Assembly: GCA_965238005.1 (NCBI GenBank)
Contig: OZ250165.1
Location: 2,368,001 to 2,432,000 of the forward strand
Direction: 5' to 3'
From: Longimicrobiales bacterium
Lineage (GTDB): Bacteria > Gemmatimonadota > Gemmatimonadetes > Longimicrobiales > Gaopeijiaceae
Length of the DNA stretch: 64,000 nucleotides
Positions within the stretch are counted from its first letter, which is position 1. Every line of letters begins with the position of its first letter. The notes under the pieces were generated by a model. It searched no databases. It was not told where the DNA came from and saw only the letters and a program-made list of their open reading frames with translations. The position numbers and the translations under genes are program-made. This document shows positions 40,451 through 50,717 of this stretch, one piece after another.

Positions 40451-40765
40451 CTCACGCTCCCCACATCCAGGGCTCGTACACTTCCTCGCTCGGGCCGAGG
40501 GAGGCACTACATCGCTCTCAATTACTACGCATCTCCAGCGTCATTTCGTCTGTCCTGTGGAGTTGTCCCCGCCTTCGAGCGTACACCGCTGGACCTCGTA
40601 CGGTCGGGCTCCCGTGACGGGAGTCGACACAAGGTCCTATCTTGGCAGGCCCGATCGCGGTCGGCCCTGGCCGCAGGCGACGAATCTGCTCCGCAAGGAG
40701 GCGAATGCAATCTTGGACGTCCATGCTTCCGACCTTCGAGGTCGACCGATGAGGGGGTCCCGCTA

Positions 40766-41248
40766 ATGGTTCGCACCGCCGAGTCACCCGGAGCGCACCT
40801 GCACCGACTCTGGAATCGCCTCTCCGCCCTCCCTGGCGGACGACGGATCTTCAGTTGGACCCTGCGCCTCATGGTCCCATACAGCGGGTACATCGGTCCA
40901 CGTGTCGAGGCCCTGGAGCCCGGTTACGCTCGCATATCGCTCAGGGATCGGCGCCGGGTCCGAAACCATCTTCGGTCCGTGCACGCCGTCGCTCTGGTCA
41001 ACCTGGGGGAGCTCACCACCGGGCTGGCCATGGTCACGGGACTGCCGTCCACCATCCGGGGCATCGTGAAAGGGCTCTCCACCGACTACCTCAAGAAGGC
41101 ACGAGGTCGGCTAGTCGCCGAATGCCGCTGCGATCCGCCCCACGTCGACGAGCCCACCGACTACACCGTGACCGCCGAAATTCGGGATGAAGACGGGGAC
41201 ATGGTGGCCAAGGTATCGGTCAACTGGCTCCTGGGGCCGGTCAAGTGA
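40766..41248 (+). CDS. Hotdog-fold (PaaI/DUF4442-like) protein
   Basis: [25 protein letters not shown]. Confidence 0.85.
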   Translation: MVRTAESPGAHLHRLWNRLSALPGGRRIFSWTLRLMVPYSGYIGPRVEALEPGYARISLRDRRRVRNHLRSVHAVALVNLGELTTGLAMVTGLPSTIRGIVKGLSTDYLKKARGRLVAECRCDPPHVDEPTDYTVTAEIRDEDGDMVAKVSVNWLLGPVK

Positions 41249-42267
41249 CGGAAGACACGTCCGTTCCCGAGGTCACGACACGGCTCACCCAGGACGCCGG
41301 AGTGCGTGTCCCCATCATCTGCGGCGCCATGTACCCCTGCTCCAACCCGGAGCTCGTTGCCGCGGCGTCCGAGTCGGGGGGCCTGGGCGTCCTCCAGCCC
41401 ATCTCCCTCACGTACGTGCACGGCTACGACTTCAGGGAGGGCATCCGCAAGATCCGATCTCTCACCGATCGTCCCATCGGCATGAACGCCCTCATCGAGC
41501 AGTCGTCGAAGACCTACCGGCGGCGGATGGAGGAGTGGCTCGACCTTGCCCTGGAAGAGGGCGTTCGCTTCTTCGTGACCTCGCTGGGCAAACCGGATTG
41601 GGTCGTCCGCACTGTTGAGCCCCATGGCGGCAAGGTCTACCACGACGTCACCGAGAGGAAGTGGGCCCAGAAAGGGATCGACTGCGGGGTCCACGGGCTC
41701 ATCGGCGTGAACAGCCGTGCGGGAGGCCACGCGGGCGACCTCGACACGAGGGCCCTCCTCGACGACGTGGGAGATCTGGGACTGCCCGTGGTGTGCGCGG
41801 GCGGGATCGGCACGGAGCAAGAGTTCGTGGATGCTCTCGAGCTCGGCTACGCCGGTATCCAGATGGGCACCCGCTTCATCGCCGCCGACGAGTGCTCCGC
41901 CAGCGACGAGTACAAACAGGCCATCGTGGACGCAGCCGAGGAGGACATCGTTCACAGCGAGCGCCTCACCGGAGTGCCTGTGGCCCTGATCGACACCCCC
42001 TTCGTCCGCCGGATGGGCCTCAAGGCCGGGCCCCTCGCCCGCTGGATGCTGAGAGGCCGCCGGACCAAGCACTGGATGCGCACCATCTACGCCCTGCGTT
42101 CCCTCTGGCAGCTGCGACGGTCCTTGCACGCCACCAGTGGACGCGGCGACTACTGGCAGGCAGGGCGGAGCGTGGCCGGCGTGCGGAGCGTAGAGCCGGT
42201 CGGCTCCATCGTGCGGAGATTCGCCCTCGCCGCCCATTCGGCTGCCCTGCCCGGCCCGGGCGACTGA
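41245..42267 (+). CDS. Nitronate monooxygenase/FabK family flavoprotein
   Basis: [24 protein letters not shown]. Confidence 0.9.
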   Translation: MTEDTSVPEVTTRLTQDAGVRVPIICGAMYPCSNPELVAAASESGGLGVLQPISLTYVHGYDFREGIRKIRSLTDRPIGMNALIEQSSKTYRRRMEEWLDLALEEGVRFFVTSLGKPDWVVRTVEPHGGKVYHDVTERKWAQKGIDCGVHGLIGVNSRAGGHAGDLDTRALLDDVGDLGLPVVCAGGIGTEQEFVDALELGYAGIQMGTRFIAADECSASDEYKQAIVDAAEEDIVHSERLTGVPVALIDTPFVRRMGLKAGPLARWMLRGRRTKHWMRTIYALRSLWQLRRSLHATSGRGDYWQAGRSVAGVRSVEPVGSIVRRFALAAHSAALPGPGD

Positions 42268-42306
42268 ACGTTCGACGAATTCGACTTCCCAACCGGGAGA
42301 TTACAG

Positions 42307-43614
42307 ATGCCTCGAAGCCTTCTCTGCCTCACCGCCCTCGTCCTGCTCCTGCCGGGGGTCTCGACCGCCCAGGAAGCGCGGCGACGCTGGGAGAGGATGG
42401 CGCAGATCCGCCGGGACAAGTTTGACCTGGTCCTGCCGGAAGCCATGCGCGAGAACCAGATCGACATGTGGATCACAGTCATGAGGGAGGGTCACCTCGA
42501 TCCCCTCTACGAGGATCTCGGCCGGGGCTACGTGGGCTCTGTGGCTTACTACGTCTTCACGCACCGGGGGGGTGACCGGATCGAGAGGGTGGCCCTGGGC
42601 GTGGGCGGATATCTCCTGGAGCAGAACGGCGCCTATGACCTGGTCACGGGGAGCTACGACCTCCGCGAGTTCGTCCAGGAGCGGGATCCACACCGCATCG
42701 GCGTGAACATGTCCGACGCCATCGGCGCGGCGGACGGCCTGTCTCACACGTCGTACCAGGCCCTGGTGGAAACCCTCGGCGAGCCGCACGCGTCGCGCCT
42801 TGTTTCGGCCGAGAAGCTCGTCTCCGACTTCCGGTCGCGCCGCGTTGCGTCGGAGCTGGTGGCCTTCGGAGAAGCCGGCGAGATATCGAGAGAGATCGCC
42901 GAGCGCGCCTTCTCGAACGAGGTCATCACGCCGGGGGTCACGACTCTGGAGGACGTGGCCTGGTGGATGATGGACCGGCTCCTAGAGCGCGGTCTGGGCT
43001 CGTCCTTCGACATGCCGTCCGTGTACATCACGGGACCCACCGGAATCGAGGCCACGTCCAGCGACCGCATCATCCAGCGGGGAGACCTGATGATGGTCGA
43101 CTGGGGCGTCGGCTACCTCAACTTCTACACCGACATGAAGCGCACCGCCTACGTACTTCGCGAAGGCGAGACCGAGGCGCCCGCCGGATTCCAGAACGCA
43201 TTCGACCGGGCCGTTGAGGCCCGGGAGGTCATCAAGAGCACCATCCGGCCAGGCCTGACCGCCGCTGACAACTTCGAGTTCATCAAGGAGGCTCTGTCCG
43301 GGGCCGGATTCGGCGTGATGGAGACGTTCAATCAGCCGTCGGACTCGGATCTGACGGACCTCATCACCGGGAATCACTCGGTGGGCAATCTCGGGCACGG
43401 CGTCGGCCCGTCCATCGCCTGGTTCAACCCGGTAAGCATGACGTACGAAGTGAGACCGAGCAACCTGTTCTCCATCGAGCTGTTCGCCTACACGAGCGCC
43501 CCCGAGTGGGGCGGCGCCAAGGTGCGGATCCCCCTGGAGGACGACGCGGTGGTCACCGCGCGAGGCGTCGAGTGGCTATACCCGGTGAACGAAAGAATCC
43601 TGCTCATCAAGTGA
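42307..43614 (+). CDS. Exported M24 family metallopeptidase
   Basis: Signal peptide; DWG..TDMKR, HSVG..GH, SIE, LEDD. Confidence 0.85.
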   Translation: MPRSLLCLTALVLLLPGVSTAQEARRRWERMAQIRRDKFDLVLPEAMRENQIDMWITVMREGHLDPLYEDLGRGYVGSVAYYVFTHRGGDRIERVALGVGGYLLEQNGAYDLVTGSYDLREFVQERDPHRIGVNMSDAIGAADGLSHTSYQALVETLGEPHASRLVSAEKLVSDFRSRRVASELVAFGEAGEISREIAERAFSNEVITPGVTTLEDVAWWMMDRLLERGLGSSFDMPSVYITGPTGIEATSSDRIIQRGDLMMVDWGVGYLNFYTDMKRTAYVLREGETEAPAGFQNAFDRAVEAREVIKSTIRPGLTAADNFEFIKEALSGAGFGVMETFNQPSDSDLTDLITGNHSVGNLGHGVGPSIAWFNPVSMTYEVRPSNLFSIELFAYTSAPEWGGAKVRIPLEDDAVVTARGVEWLYPVNERILLIK

Positions 43615-43634
43615 GGAACGACATGAGGGATACC

Positions 43635-44555
43635 ATGAAGAAAATCTGGATCGGATCGACCGTCACGGCGGCGCTGCTCGCCCTCTCTGCTCTGACCCTC
43701 CAGCCGGGCGAGGGCTTAGCCCAGGACGGCTTGAAGATACACATCTCCGCTGATATGGAGGGAGTCGTGGGTGCGGTGACCAGCGCCCAGCTCGGGCCCA
43801 CCGGCTTCGAGTACCAGCGCTTCCGCGAGTTCATGACGAACGAGGTGAATGCGGCGATCGCCGCCGCCCGGGCCGGCGGCGCCACGGAGATCGTGGTGGC
43901 GGACTCTCACGGGAACGGCCAGAATCTCCTCATGGACCGGCTGCCCAGCGACATCACGCTGGTCCGCTCGTGGCCGCGGCGGCTGGGGATGATGCAGGGC
44001 ATCGACGAGACCTTCGACGCCGCCATCTTCCTCGGCTACCACTCGAGCACCACCAACCCGCGCGGCGTCCGGGCGCACACCATGTCCAGCGCTAACCTGG
44101 CGGCGGTGAAGCTCAACGGGATCGAGATGCCCGAGGCCGGCATCAACGCGGCCATCGCAGGACACTTCGGTGTGCCCATCGTCATGATCTCGGGGGACGA
44201 CGCCATCGTCGAAGAGGCTCAAGGGCTCATCGGTGACATCGAGGGCGCTGTCGTGAAGTGGAGCTATGGCTTCCACTCCGCCCGGACCCTCATGCCGGAA
44301 GCGGCCTACACCCTTATCGGCGAGAGGGTCACCCAGGGTCTTCAGCGCCTCGACGGGTTCGAGCCGTATCGCCTGGAGGGTCCCATCGAGGTCGAGATCA
44401 CCTTCAAGAGCCACATGCCGGCCGAGGTGCTGAGCTACCTGCCAACCGTGGAGCGCCTGAACGCCCACACGGTCGGGTTCGTGGGGCAGGACATGGTGGA
44501 GGTGGCCACGTTCCTCCAGTTCATGTCCCATTACAACATCTCGCTGACGCCGTAG
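43635..44555 (+). CDS. M55 D-aminopeptidase (DppA-like) with signal peptide
   Basis: ISADMEG, DSHG, GYH, AHT, SGDD. Confidence 0.9.
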   Translation: MKKIWIGSTVTAALLALSALTLQPGEGLAQDGLKIHISADMEGVVGAVTSAQLGPTGFEYQRFREFMTNEVNAAIAAARAGGATEIVVADSHGNGQNLLMDRLPSDITLVRSWPRRLGMMQGIDETFDAAIFLGYHSSTTNPRGVRAHTMSSANLAAVKLNGIEMPEAGINAAIAGHFGVPIVMISGDDAIVEEAQGLIGDIEGAVVKWSYGFHSARTLMPEAAYTLIGERVTQGLQRLDGFEPYRLEGPIEVEITFKSHMPAEVLSYLPTVERLNAHTVGFVGQDMVEVATFLQFMSHYNISLTP

Positions 44556-44621
44556 GGAACCTCGACTCGCCACGAACCCCCTCGACCACCAGGAGCCGCC
44601 TACCAGAGGTGGTGGGCTCCT

Positions 44622-44806
44622 AGTGTTCCGTTTCCGAAGTTCGCGAGCCACCAAGAGGGTCGGGGCGCCGTGGGATCAAGGCGGGACGACGCGGCGTAGC
44701 GTTAGCGGGCACCGCGCGAAGCGTGGTCGCAAGGAGTCCCAACGCCGAGCCCATGGATGCACCGTGCCCTCGACTGGCCGAGACACTTTGGTTTGACCGG
44801 ACAAGT
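44622..44806 (+). mobile_element. MITE family B, degenerate copy
   Basis: CTAGTGTTCCGTTTCCGAAGTTCGCGAGCCACC start; shares internal blocks and GGCCGAGACACTT with 33007-33282. Confidence 0.75.
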
Positions 44807-44975
44807 AACGGGGCCCCAGGTACTCGCGTACGAACTGATCGTGGCCACGAGCTTCTTCGGCGGTTCCGAGCTAATGGGTGGTCCCCGCCACCATCCAGGT
44901 GACGTTGTCGGCGACGGCCAGGAGGTCCGTGACGTCGTGACCCGTTACGACGACGGCGCTTCCCTGCCCGGCTAG
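44800..44975 (-). pseudogene. C-terminal remnant of ABC ATPase (LptB-like)
   Basis: LAGQGSAVVVTGHDVTDLLAVAD..TTH*LGTAEEARGHDQFVREYLG. Confidence 0.7.
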
Positions 44976-44998
44976 TTTAGCCGATCACCCGCCGGGCC

Positions 44999-45304
44999 TC
45001 AGCGTTCCTCCGGGAGATCCTCCTGGAGATTCACGTGGGCCTCCGCTTCCCCAGGTGGATCTGCCGCCACGTCGGTCAACATCCCGGAGTTGGCGAGGAC
45101 CCCCCGGGCACGCTGCTCGTCTTCCACCCGGACCACCAGTCGGGCCGGATTCACGAAAGCCAAGCCGACGTCCATTCCGCCCGCGTCGTCGATGAGGAGG
45201 GCTGTGGGAATCCCGGCGCCCTCCAGGTAGCCGCGTGCGAGCTCCGCCTCGTGGCGGTAGTGGAAGCGGGCCACCACCGTGGTGGGAATGCGGGCCCGGC
45301 TCAC
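44999..45304 (-). CDS. DUF2007-like putative signal transducing protein
   Basis: EAELARGYLEGAGIP..DD.GG..RLVV..ED..RA. Confidence 0.75.
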   Translation of the reverse strand: MSRARIPTTVVARFHYRHEAELARGYLEGAGIPTALLIDDAGGMDVGLAFVNPARLVVRVEDEQRARGVLANSGMLTDVAADPPGEAEAHVNLQEDLPEER

Positions 45305-45359
45305 TGGATCAACCCCGCGTTCTCGATCAATGCCGTCCTCACCATTCCCAGCCTCTCCT

Positions 45360-46478
45360 CTAACCCGGAAAAAGAGACCGATCGATGGCAGGCACCAGCC
45401 GGACGGCGTTCTCGTAGTAGATCTTCCTGAGCACCTCGTCGGGAAGGTCGAGGCCGTACATCTGCCAGAAGGCGTGATACCGCCGGTAGTAGTCGAAGTA
45501 TTCGTCGGCCGTTTCGAAGACCCGGAAATAGGTGTAGAACTCCTCCTGGTTGTAGGAGTCCTTCCCCATCAGCACGCGGTCCTGGTACTTGTCGAGCCAC
45601 TTGGCGGCGAAGCGGGGCTGTCTTCCCAGCTCGTAGATCACGGCTCCCAGCCCGACGTTCATGTTGGGGAGCTCGTCGAAGAGCTCTCCCAGACGGCCCA
45701 GGTCGTGACCGAGCCAGCCCATGTGCGCGGCGATAAAGGTGGTGTTCGGGTGCCGCCGGAAGAGGTTGTGCTGCTCTCCGATGATCTGCTCGAACGGCGC
45801 GCTCTTCCCTGGAGGCTGAATCCGACCCGGGCGAAGCTTGAGCTCCAGCCAGCGCTCGTTGAAGCGATCGAAGGGCTGCCAGAACTCGGCGGGATCGGCG
45901 GAGTGGATCAGCACCGTAATCCCGAGCTCACCGGCCTTGTCCCAGACCGGCGCCAAGCGTGGATCGTCCACGGGGATCCTCTGCCCGTCGGTATCGAGGG
46001 CCGAGAACCCCAGGTTCTTGAAGATCTTGAGTCCCGCGGCCCCGTTGCGAACGTCCTCCTCGAGCTGGGCCGCCGCTCGCTGGCCCCAACCGGGCTCTCC
46101 CACACCCTGGAAGTTCAGGTTGGCGAAGAACACGAAGCGGCCGGCATGGCCGCGTGTCATGTTTTCCAGGCCCGACACCAAGGCGTCCCCACTCCCGCCC
46201 GAGAGGTTTACCATGACCGCCATGTTGAGCTCGTCCATCTCGCCCACGAGCCGGTTCACGTCGGCGGCCGACATGCGTGTGGCTCTTTGATGACCGTGGA
46301 TGTCGACGAACGGGAAACGGGCTCGTGTCAGGGGGTGCTCGGAGACGACGAGGGTCTTTCGGGGGGTGTACTCCTCGACGGTCATCTCTTGAGCCCGCAC
46401 TTGGGAAAGCTCCCAGAGCACAGGCATTGAGGAGAGGGCAAGGGCAACACCCGCCAGAAAGGACGTGTTGAGACGCAT
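45360..46478 (-). CDS. Exported amidohydrolase 2 family protein
   Basis: Signal peptide, DIHGH, GLKIFK, IHSADP, AH, MGKD. Confidence 0.88.
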   Translation of the reverse strand: MRLNTSFLAGVALALSSMPVLWELSQVRAQEMTVEEYTPRKTLVVSEHPLTRARFPFVDIHGHQRATRMSAADVNRLVGEMDELNMAVMVNLSGGSGDALVSGLENMTRGHAGRFVFFANLNFQGVGEPGWGQRAAAQLEEDVRNGAAGLKIFKNLGFSALDTDGQRIPVDDPRLAPVWDKAGELGITVLIHSADPAEFWQPFDRFNERWLELKLRPGRIQPPGKSAPFEQIIGEQHNLFRRHPNTTFIAAHMGWLGHDLGRLGELFDELPNMNVGLGAVIYELGRQPRFAAKWLDKYQDRVLMGKDSYNQEEFYTYFRVFETADEYFDYYRRYHAFWQMYGLDLPDEVLRKIYYENAVRLVPAIDRSLFPG

Positions 46479-46669
46479 TCGTCACGCTCCACCATCAGAC
46501 TTCGTAAATGGTCGGCCCCGCCCGTCGCAGCCGCCCTTGTGTTCCATTTCCACACTGGGACCCCGGACATACCCCGACGGTTTCTTCGCGAGCCCTGTTG
46601 AGATCCGCCGGCGACTCCCGGCCCTGCCATGACGAGGAGCGGCCGATCCCGATACCCCCACACCTGAGC

Positions 46670-47569
46670 TCAGGGGAGGGCCATATCACCATCCCACACA
46701 AGGTGGTGGATCCCGTTCCCCCCCGAGCGCTTCACCGCGTACATGGCCTCATCGGCGACGCGCAAGGCGTCGCGGCTCGTCTCCACCGACACCTCGAACG
46801 TCACGACCCCGATGCTGAACGTCACTGGCCATCCGCCCTTCTTCATGGACTCGACCAGGTTATCCTGGAGCTTTTGCAGGACGGACCCCGCCGATCCCAC
46901 GGTCGTTTCCGGGAGGAGGGCGGCGAACTCGTCTCCCCCGAGACGGCCGAGGACGTCTGTCTGCCGCGTGCTGGATCGCAGCGTATCCGCGACCCTGCTC
47001 AGCAGCTCGTCCCCGGCGTCGTGCCCCTCCAGGTCGTTGACCGCCTTGAAGTGATCCAGGTCGATGTAGGCCAGGGTGAAGGCTCGTCCGTACCTGGAAG
47101 ACCGGGCCAGCTCGGCGTCGAGCCTTGCGATGAAGGATCCGCGGTTCATCAGCTTCGTGAGCGTGTCCGTCGCGGCGAAGCTGGCCTCCTCCTTCAGGCG
47201 TGTGGTGAGGGTAGCGGTGAGCCCCCCCACCAGCAGTAGCATGAGGGCCACGGACGCGACGTTCCAGAGGATCGGCCCTGGATCAACCGCTCCATCGGCG
47301 AGAAGCGGCACACCAGTGAGGGTGAGGGCGGCCAGCACGGCAAGGGCGTAGGCGACGCCCGGACGGGCCAGCCATGCTACCAGGGCGACAGGTCCCGCAT
47401 ACAAAGGAAGAAGCGAGAGCGTCGGGCCCAAGAGCAGGTCCAAGACGGCAATGACGACGAGGAGCCCAACGCCTGCCTGCCCGACCCTTCGTTGTGGCCA
47501 CCCCTCGAGGGACTCCCGGACTCGACTCCTCAGATCCTCGGGGGGGCCTAGAGGTTGTCTCTCAACCAC
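46670..47569 (-). CDS. Membrane diguanylate cyclase
   Basis: About 4 TM, DTLTKLMNR, RQTD, GGDEF. Confidence 0.92.
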   Translation of the reverse strand: MVERQPLGPPEDLRSRVRESLEGWPQRRVGQAGVGLLVVIAVLDLLLGPTLSLLPLYAGPVALVAWLARPGVAYALAVLAALTLTGVPLLADGAVDPGPILWNVASVALMLLLVGGLTATLTTRLKEEASFAATDTLTKLMNRGSFIARLDAELARSSRYGRAFTLAYIDLDHFKAVNDLEGHDAGDELLSRVADTLRSSTRQTDVLGRLGGDEFAALLPETTVGSAGSVLQKLQDNLVESMKKGGWPVTFSIGVVTFEVSVETSRDALRVADEAMYAVKRSGGNGIHHLVWDGDMALP

Positions 47570-47598
47570 TGGTTCTCACGATGATGTTCTGCAAGATC

Positions 47599-48093
47599 CT
47601 ACTGAGGTTGGACGTTCGTCAGCCCGGCCATCTCTCGGGCCAGAAGGTGGACCTCCGTGAGCTTCCACTGAGCCCGGATGCAAAGTACAGCAAGCAGGAT
47701 CAGTGCCAACGTCGCGGCCAACCCTCCGGCGCCCAGCTCGCCCGCCGTTTGGACCAGCTGTTGGCCCCGCGTCACGATGAGGTAGCCCCCGAAGAGATAG
47801 GGGACGAAGCTCCCCACGGAGATCAGGTCGGCCCAAGGGCTCCTCTTGTCCATCACCCGCTGCACGGCCTCGGTGCCATACGCCAGCATGGAGCCGGCCG
47901 ACACCAGGGCCCCGACGAAGACGAGGAGATAGTCGGCGCTGCCGAGGCCGAACCTCATGCTCTGGATCAGCCCGTAGGCGGCGAGCACCGCCAGGGGAGG
48001 AAGCGCCCGTCCGATCCTGGCGACCGTTAGACGCTCAACGGCCGCAGCGACTTCGGAGCCGGCCGAGCTCATCTCTGATGCAGGATTGTCCAT
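47599..48093 (-). CDS. Membrane protein, unknown function
   Basis: Four hydrophobic segments. Confidence 0.65.
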   Translation of the reverse strand: MDNPASEMSSAGSEVAAAVERLTVARIGRALPPLAVLAAYGLIQSMRFGLGSADYLLVFVGALVSAGSMLAYGTEAVQRVMDKRSPWADLISVGSFVPYLFGGYLIVTRGQQLVQTAGELGAGGLAATLALILLAVLCIRAQWKLTEVHLLAREMAGLTNVQPQ

Positions 48094-48285
48094 CCCGAAT
48101 GATGATCCGTCGCACAAGCGGGCGCCAGAGAAGCTTCTTGGGTGAGGGAGCATGCACATCCCGTCAGGGAACGGATCGGCCATCCCGGGGGTCTTGGAGC
48201 GGGAGGGTTCGACGACGCCAACGCGTGTCGTCATAGCGTTGAGGATGGGTGGTAGAATCGTGGGCCCCTTAAGGACTCACGTTGG

Positions 48286-49395
48286 TTGGGGGAATCTTTG
48301 CTCACACGCTGCGTCTTCTGTCACGCGCCCTTCCCCGACAACGGGGTCTTCGGGCGCCTGCCTCCCGGGCGCCGCCTGGCGTTCGATCCCGGACGAGGCC
48401 GTCTCTGGGTCGTCTGTGAAGGCTGTTACCGCTGGAACCTCTGCCCCATCGAAAAGCGATGGGAAGCCCTCCACCAGCTCGAGCGGATGGTTCGCGACAA
48501 GTCGCGACTGGTCGCCGAGACGGACAACATCGTCCTGCTGTCGGCTGATGAGCTGTTCCTGATCCGGGTGGGCAAGGCCGGATTGGCCGAGCAGGCCTGG
48601 TGGAGATACGGCCGGGAGCTGAACGCGCGTCGCACCCGCTTCCAGAGCACCCGCTCCCAGATCACCGCCTACACGTTCGGGGCCATGGCATACCTCTCGG
48701 ACATGGTGGGGCTGGGAGACGAGGACCTGAATATCGGCTGGGATGACGCTCCTGCCGTGGACATCCTCCGCTGGCGCCGGTTCGGCTGGGCGGCCTGGCA
48801 CGGCAGCATCGACTGCCCCTACTGCAACAGCTCCCTGAAGGCCCTCCGCTACGACCTCTCCTGGTGGGTCTACCCGAATATCGATCCGGAGTCGGGAAAC
48901 ACGACGGTCGGGGTGCCTTGCCCCCGGTGCGACCCGTGGACGCCCGAGAAGGTTTATGCCATCGGCGGCCCCGAGGCGCAGAATGTACTCCGTCGTGTGC
49001 TGGCGTACCAGCACATCGCGGGCGCGGGAGAGGCCACCATCAAGGACGCGGCTCACATCATCGAGAGCGAGGGGTCCCCCGAGGCCTTCGAGATGCGGGT
49101 CAACAGGGAGAGGAAGTCGCTGTGGGGAATGGGCAAGACTAAATCCATCGCCCTGGAGATCGCGCTCAACGACAGTGTGGAGAGACGCATGATGGAGCTC
49201 GAGCTAAAGGCGCTCGAGTTCATGTGGAAGCGCGAGGAGGAGCTGGCTCGAATCATCGACGAGGAGCTGACCCCGGAGGACGTCCGCGACCGGCACATGC
49301 AACGCCTTCCGGTGACCGTCGTGGCCAAGGGGCGCACCTCCGAGGAGGTGGGCACACTTCTCAAGGGCTCCGGAGGCGACGCGACGCGGGACTGA
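48286..49395 (+). CDS. Hypothetical protein with four CxxC motifs
   Basis: CVFC, CEGC, CPYC, CPRC; C-terminal coiled coil; start may be TTG at 48298. Confidence 0.8.
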   Translation: MGESLLTRCVFCHAPFPDNGVFGRLPPGRRLAFDPGRGRLWVVCEGCYRWNLCPIEKRWEALHQLERMVRDKSRLVAETDNIVLLSADELFLIRVGKAGLAEQAWWRYGRELNARRTRFQSTRSQITAYTFGAMAYLSDMVGLGDEDLNIGWDDAPAVDILRWRRFGWAAWHGSIDCPYCNSSLKALRYDLSWWVYPNIDPESGNTTVGVPCPRCDPWTPEKVYAIGGPEAQNVLRRVLAYQHIAGAGEATIKDAAHIIESEGSPEAFEMRVNRERKSLWGMGKTKSIALEIALNDSVERRMMELELKALEFMWKREEELARIIDEELTPEDVRDRHMQRLPVTVVAKGRTSEEVGTLLKGSGGDATRD

Positions 49396-49445
49396 CCAGG
49401 GCCGAGCTCGCCGGCCAAGGGGGAACGGACTGATCATTCAGCGCG

Positions 49446-50717
49446 CTACGGATCGGTCGGTGATCCGTCGAGCAGACCCTCCAACGGCAGCTCCTCTGCC
49501 CCGTTCTCCGTGCAGATGGCGTAGTTGCTCTCACGAGCCCCGTACATGGCCACGCCGGCGTACTCCCCCTTCTTGTTGAGGATGAAGAAGCGCACGTCGA
49601 AGGCCGGTAGGCCGCGGATGTTCAAGAGCCGCTCTTCGACCGTGTTCTCCTGGATGCGCCTCAGAGCCACCATGCCTGCGTCCTTGGGTCCCATCCCCCT
49701 CCTCATGCTCTCCACGATCAGGAAGGACGCCAAATTGAACAGGTTGGCCTCACCGCGTCCTGTGGATCCGGCGGCCCCGACGTTGCCGTCCACGTAGAGC
49801 CCGGCGCCGAGGATGGGTGAGTCGCCGACCCGCCCCGGAATCTTCCACGAAAGGCCCGACGTCGTCGTGACCCCACAGATCTCGCCCTGGGGTGAGATCC
49901 CGTTCGAGTTGGTGGTACCCCAGAAGCTGTCCTGGGAGATGAGTCCCTCACAGACCATCTGCAGCCCGGCCTCGTAGAAGGCGCGAGAGCGGGCCCTCTC
50001 TTCCTCCGGCGACCAGCCGGGTCCGTCGGACCGGGTTCCGCCCTCGGACTCGGATCCTCCCGCGGCCCCACCTCCACCTCCGGCCCCTCCACCGCGTGAG
50101 CGCCGCTGGGTGGGGTCCAGGAAGTGCGACGGATCGACACGGCGCTTCCAGTTCAGCCACAGGGACCGGGACTTCTCAGTATTCAAGTCGTCCTCCACGG
50201 TAAACCCGATCTGCCGTGCGAACTGCCGCGCTCCGTGCCCTGCCAGGAGGTGGTGATCCGTCAGCTCCATCACCGCCTTGGCCACCATGGACGGGGTACG
50301 GACGCCCTCCAGCGCTGCCACGCCGCCGGCCCATTTCTTGGGCCCATGCATGCAGCAGGAGTCCAACTGCACCACGCCGTCGGCGTTCGGGAGCCCCCCG
50401 TATCCGATGCGGGACTCCTCGGGGTCGAGCTCCGGGATGTTGACCCCGGCGATGAGCGCGTCCAGCACGTCCTCACCTCGGGTGATCCCATCGAAGGCCC
50501 TCTCGACGCTGCTCTGCGGGCCACCATTCCGGTATCGGATGCCGCTGACGTCGGAGACGACCACGGGACGGATGAGCTGGGGTATGTGGACGAACGGGGC
50601 CTCGACCCCAGATTGGGGCTGGCTCGTCTCTTGGGCGGCAGCCGGTGCGGCCGCGCCGGCCGCTATCCCGAGGGTCGCCGTCTGGACGAACTGACGACGG
50701 TTCATGCGCTCAGACAT
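49446..50717 (-). CDS. Tat-exported N(4)-(beta-N-acetylglucosaminyl)-L-asparaginase / Ntn hydrolase
   Basis: NRRQF Tat motif, IGYGGLP, TTTSG, GRVGDSP, STGRGE. Confidence 0.9.
   Translation of the reverse strand: MSERMNRRQFVQTATLGIAAGAAAPAAAQETSQPQSGVEAPFVHIPQLIRPVVVSDVSGIRYRNGGPQSSVERAFDGITRGEDVLDALIAGVNIPELDPEESRIGYGGLPNADGVVQLDSCCMHGPKKWAGGVAALEGVRTPSMVAKAVMELTDHHLLAGHGARQFARQIGFTVEDDLNTEKSRSLWLNWKRRVDPSHFLDPTQRRSRGGGAGGGGGAAGGSESEGGTRSDGPGWSPEEERARSRAFYEAGLQMVCEGLISQDSFWGTTNSNGISPQGEICGVTTTSGLSWKIPGRVGDSPILGAGLYVDGNVGAAGSTGRGEANLFNLASFLIVESMRRGMGPKDAGMVALRRIQENTVEERLLNIRGLPAFDVRFFILNKKGEYAGVAMYGARESNYAICTENGAEELPLEGLLDGSPTDP

Noticed and set aside
39918..40765. Hairpins in the spacers around the small gene 40163-40450 as ncRNA
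   Set aside because: Short GC-rich stems are expected by chance; no known RNA motif
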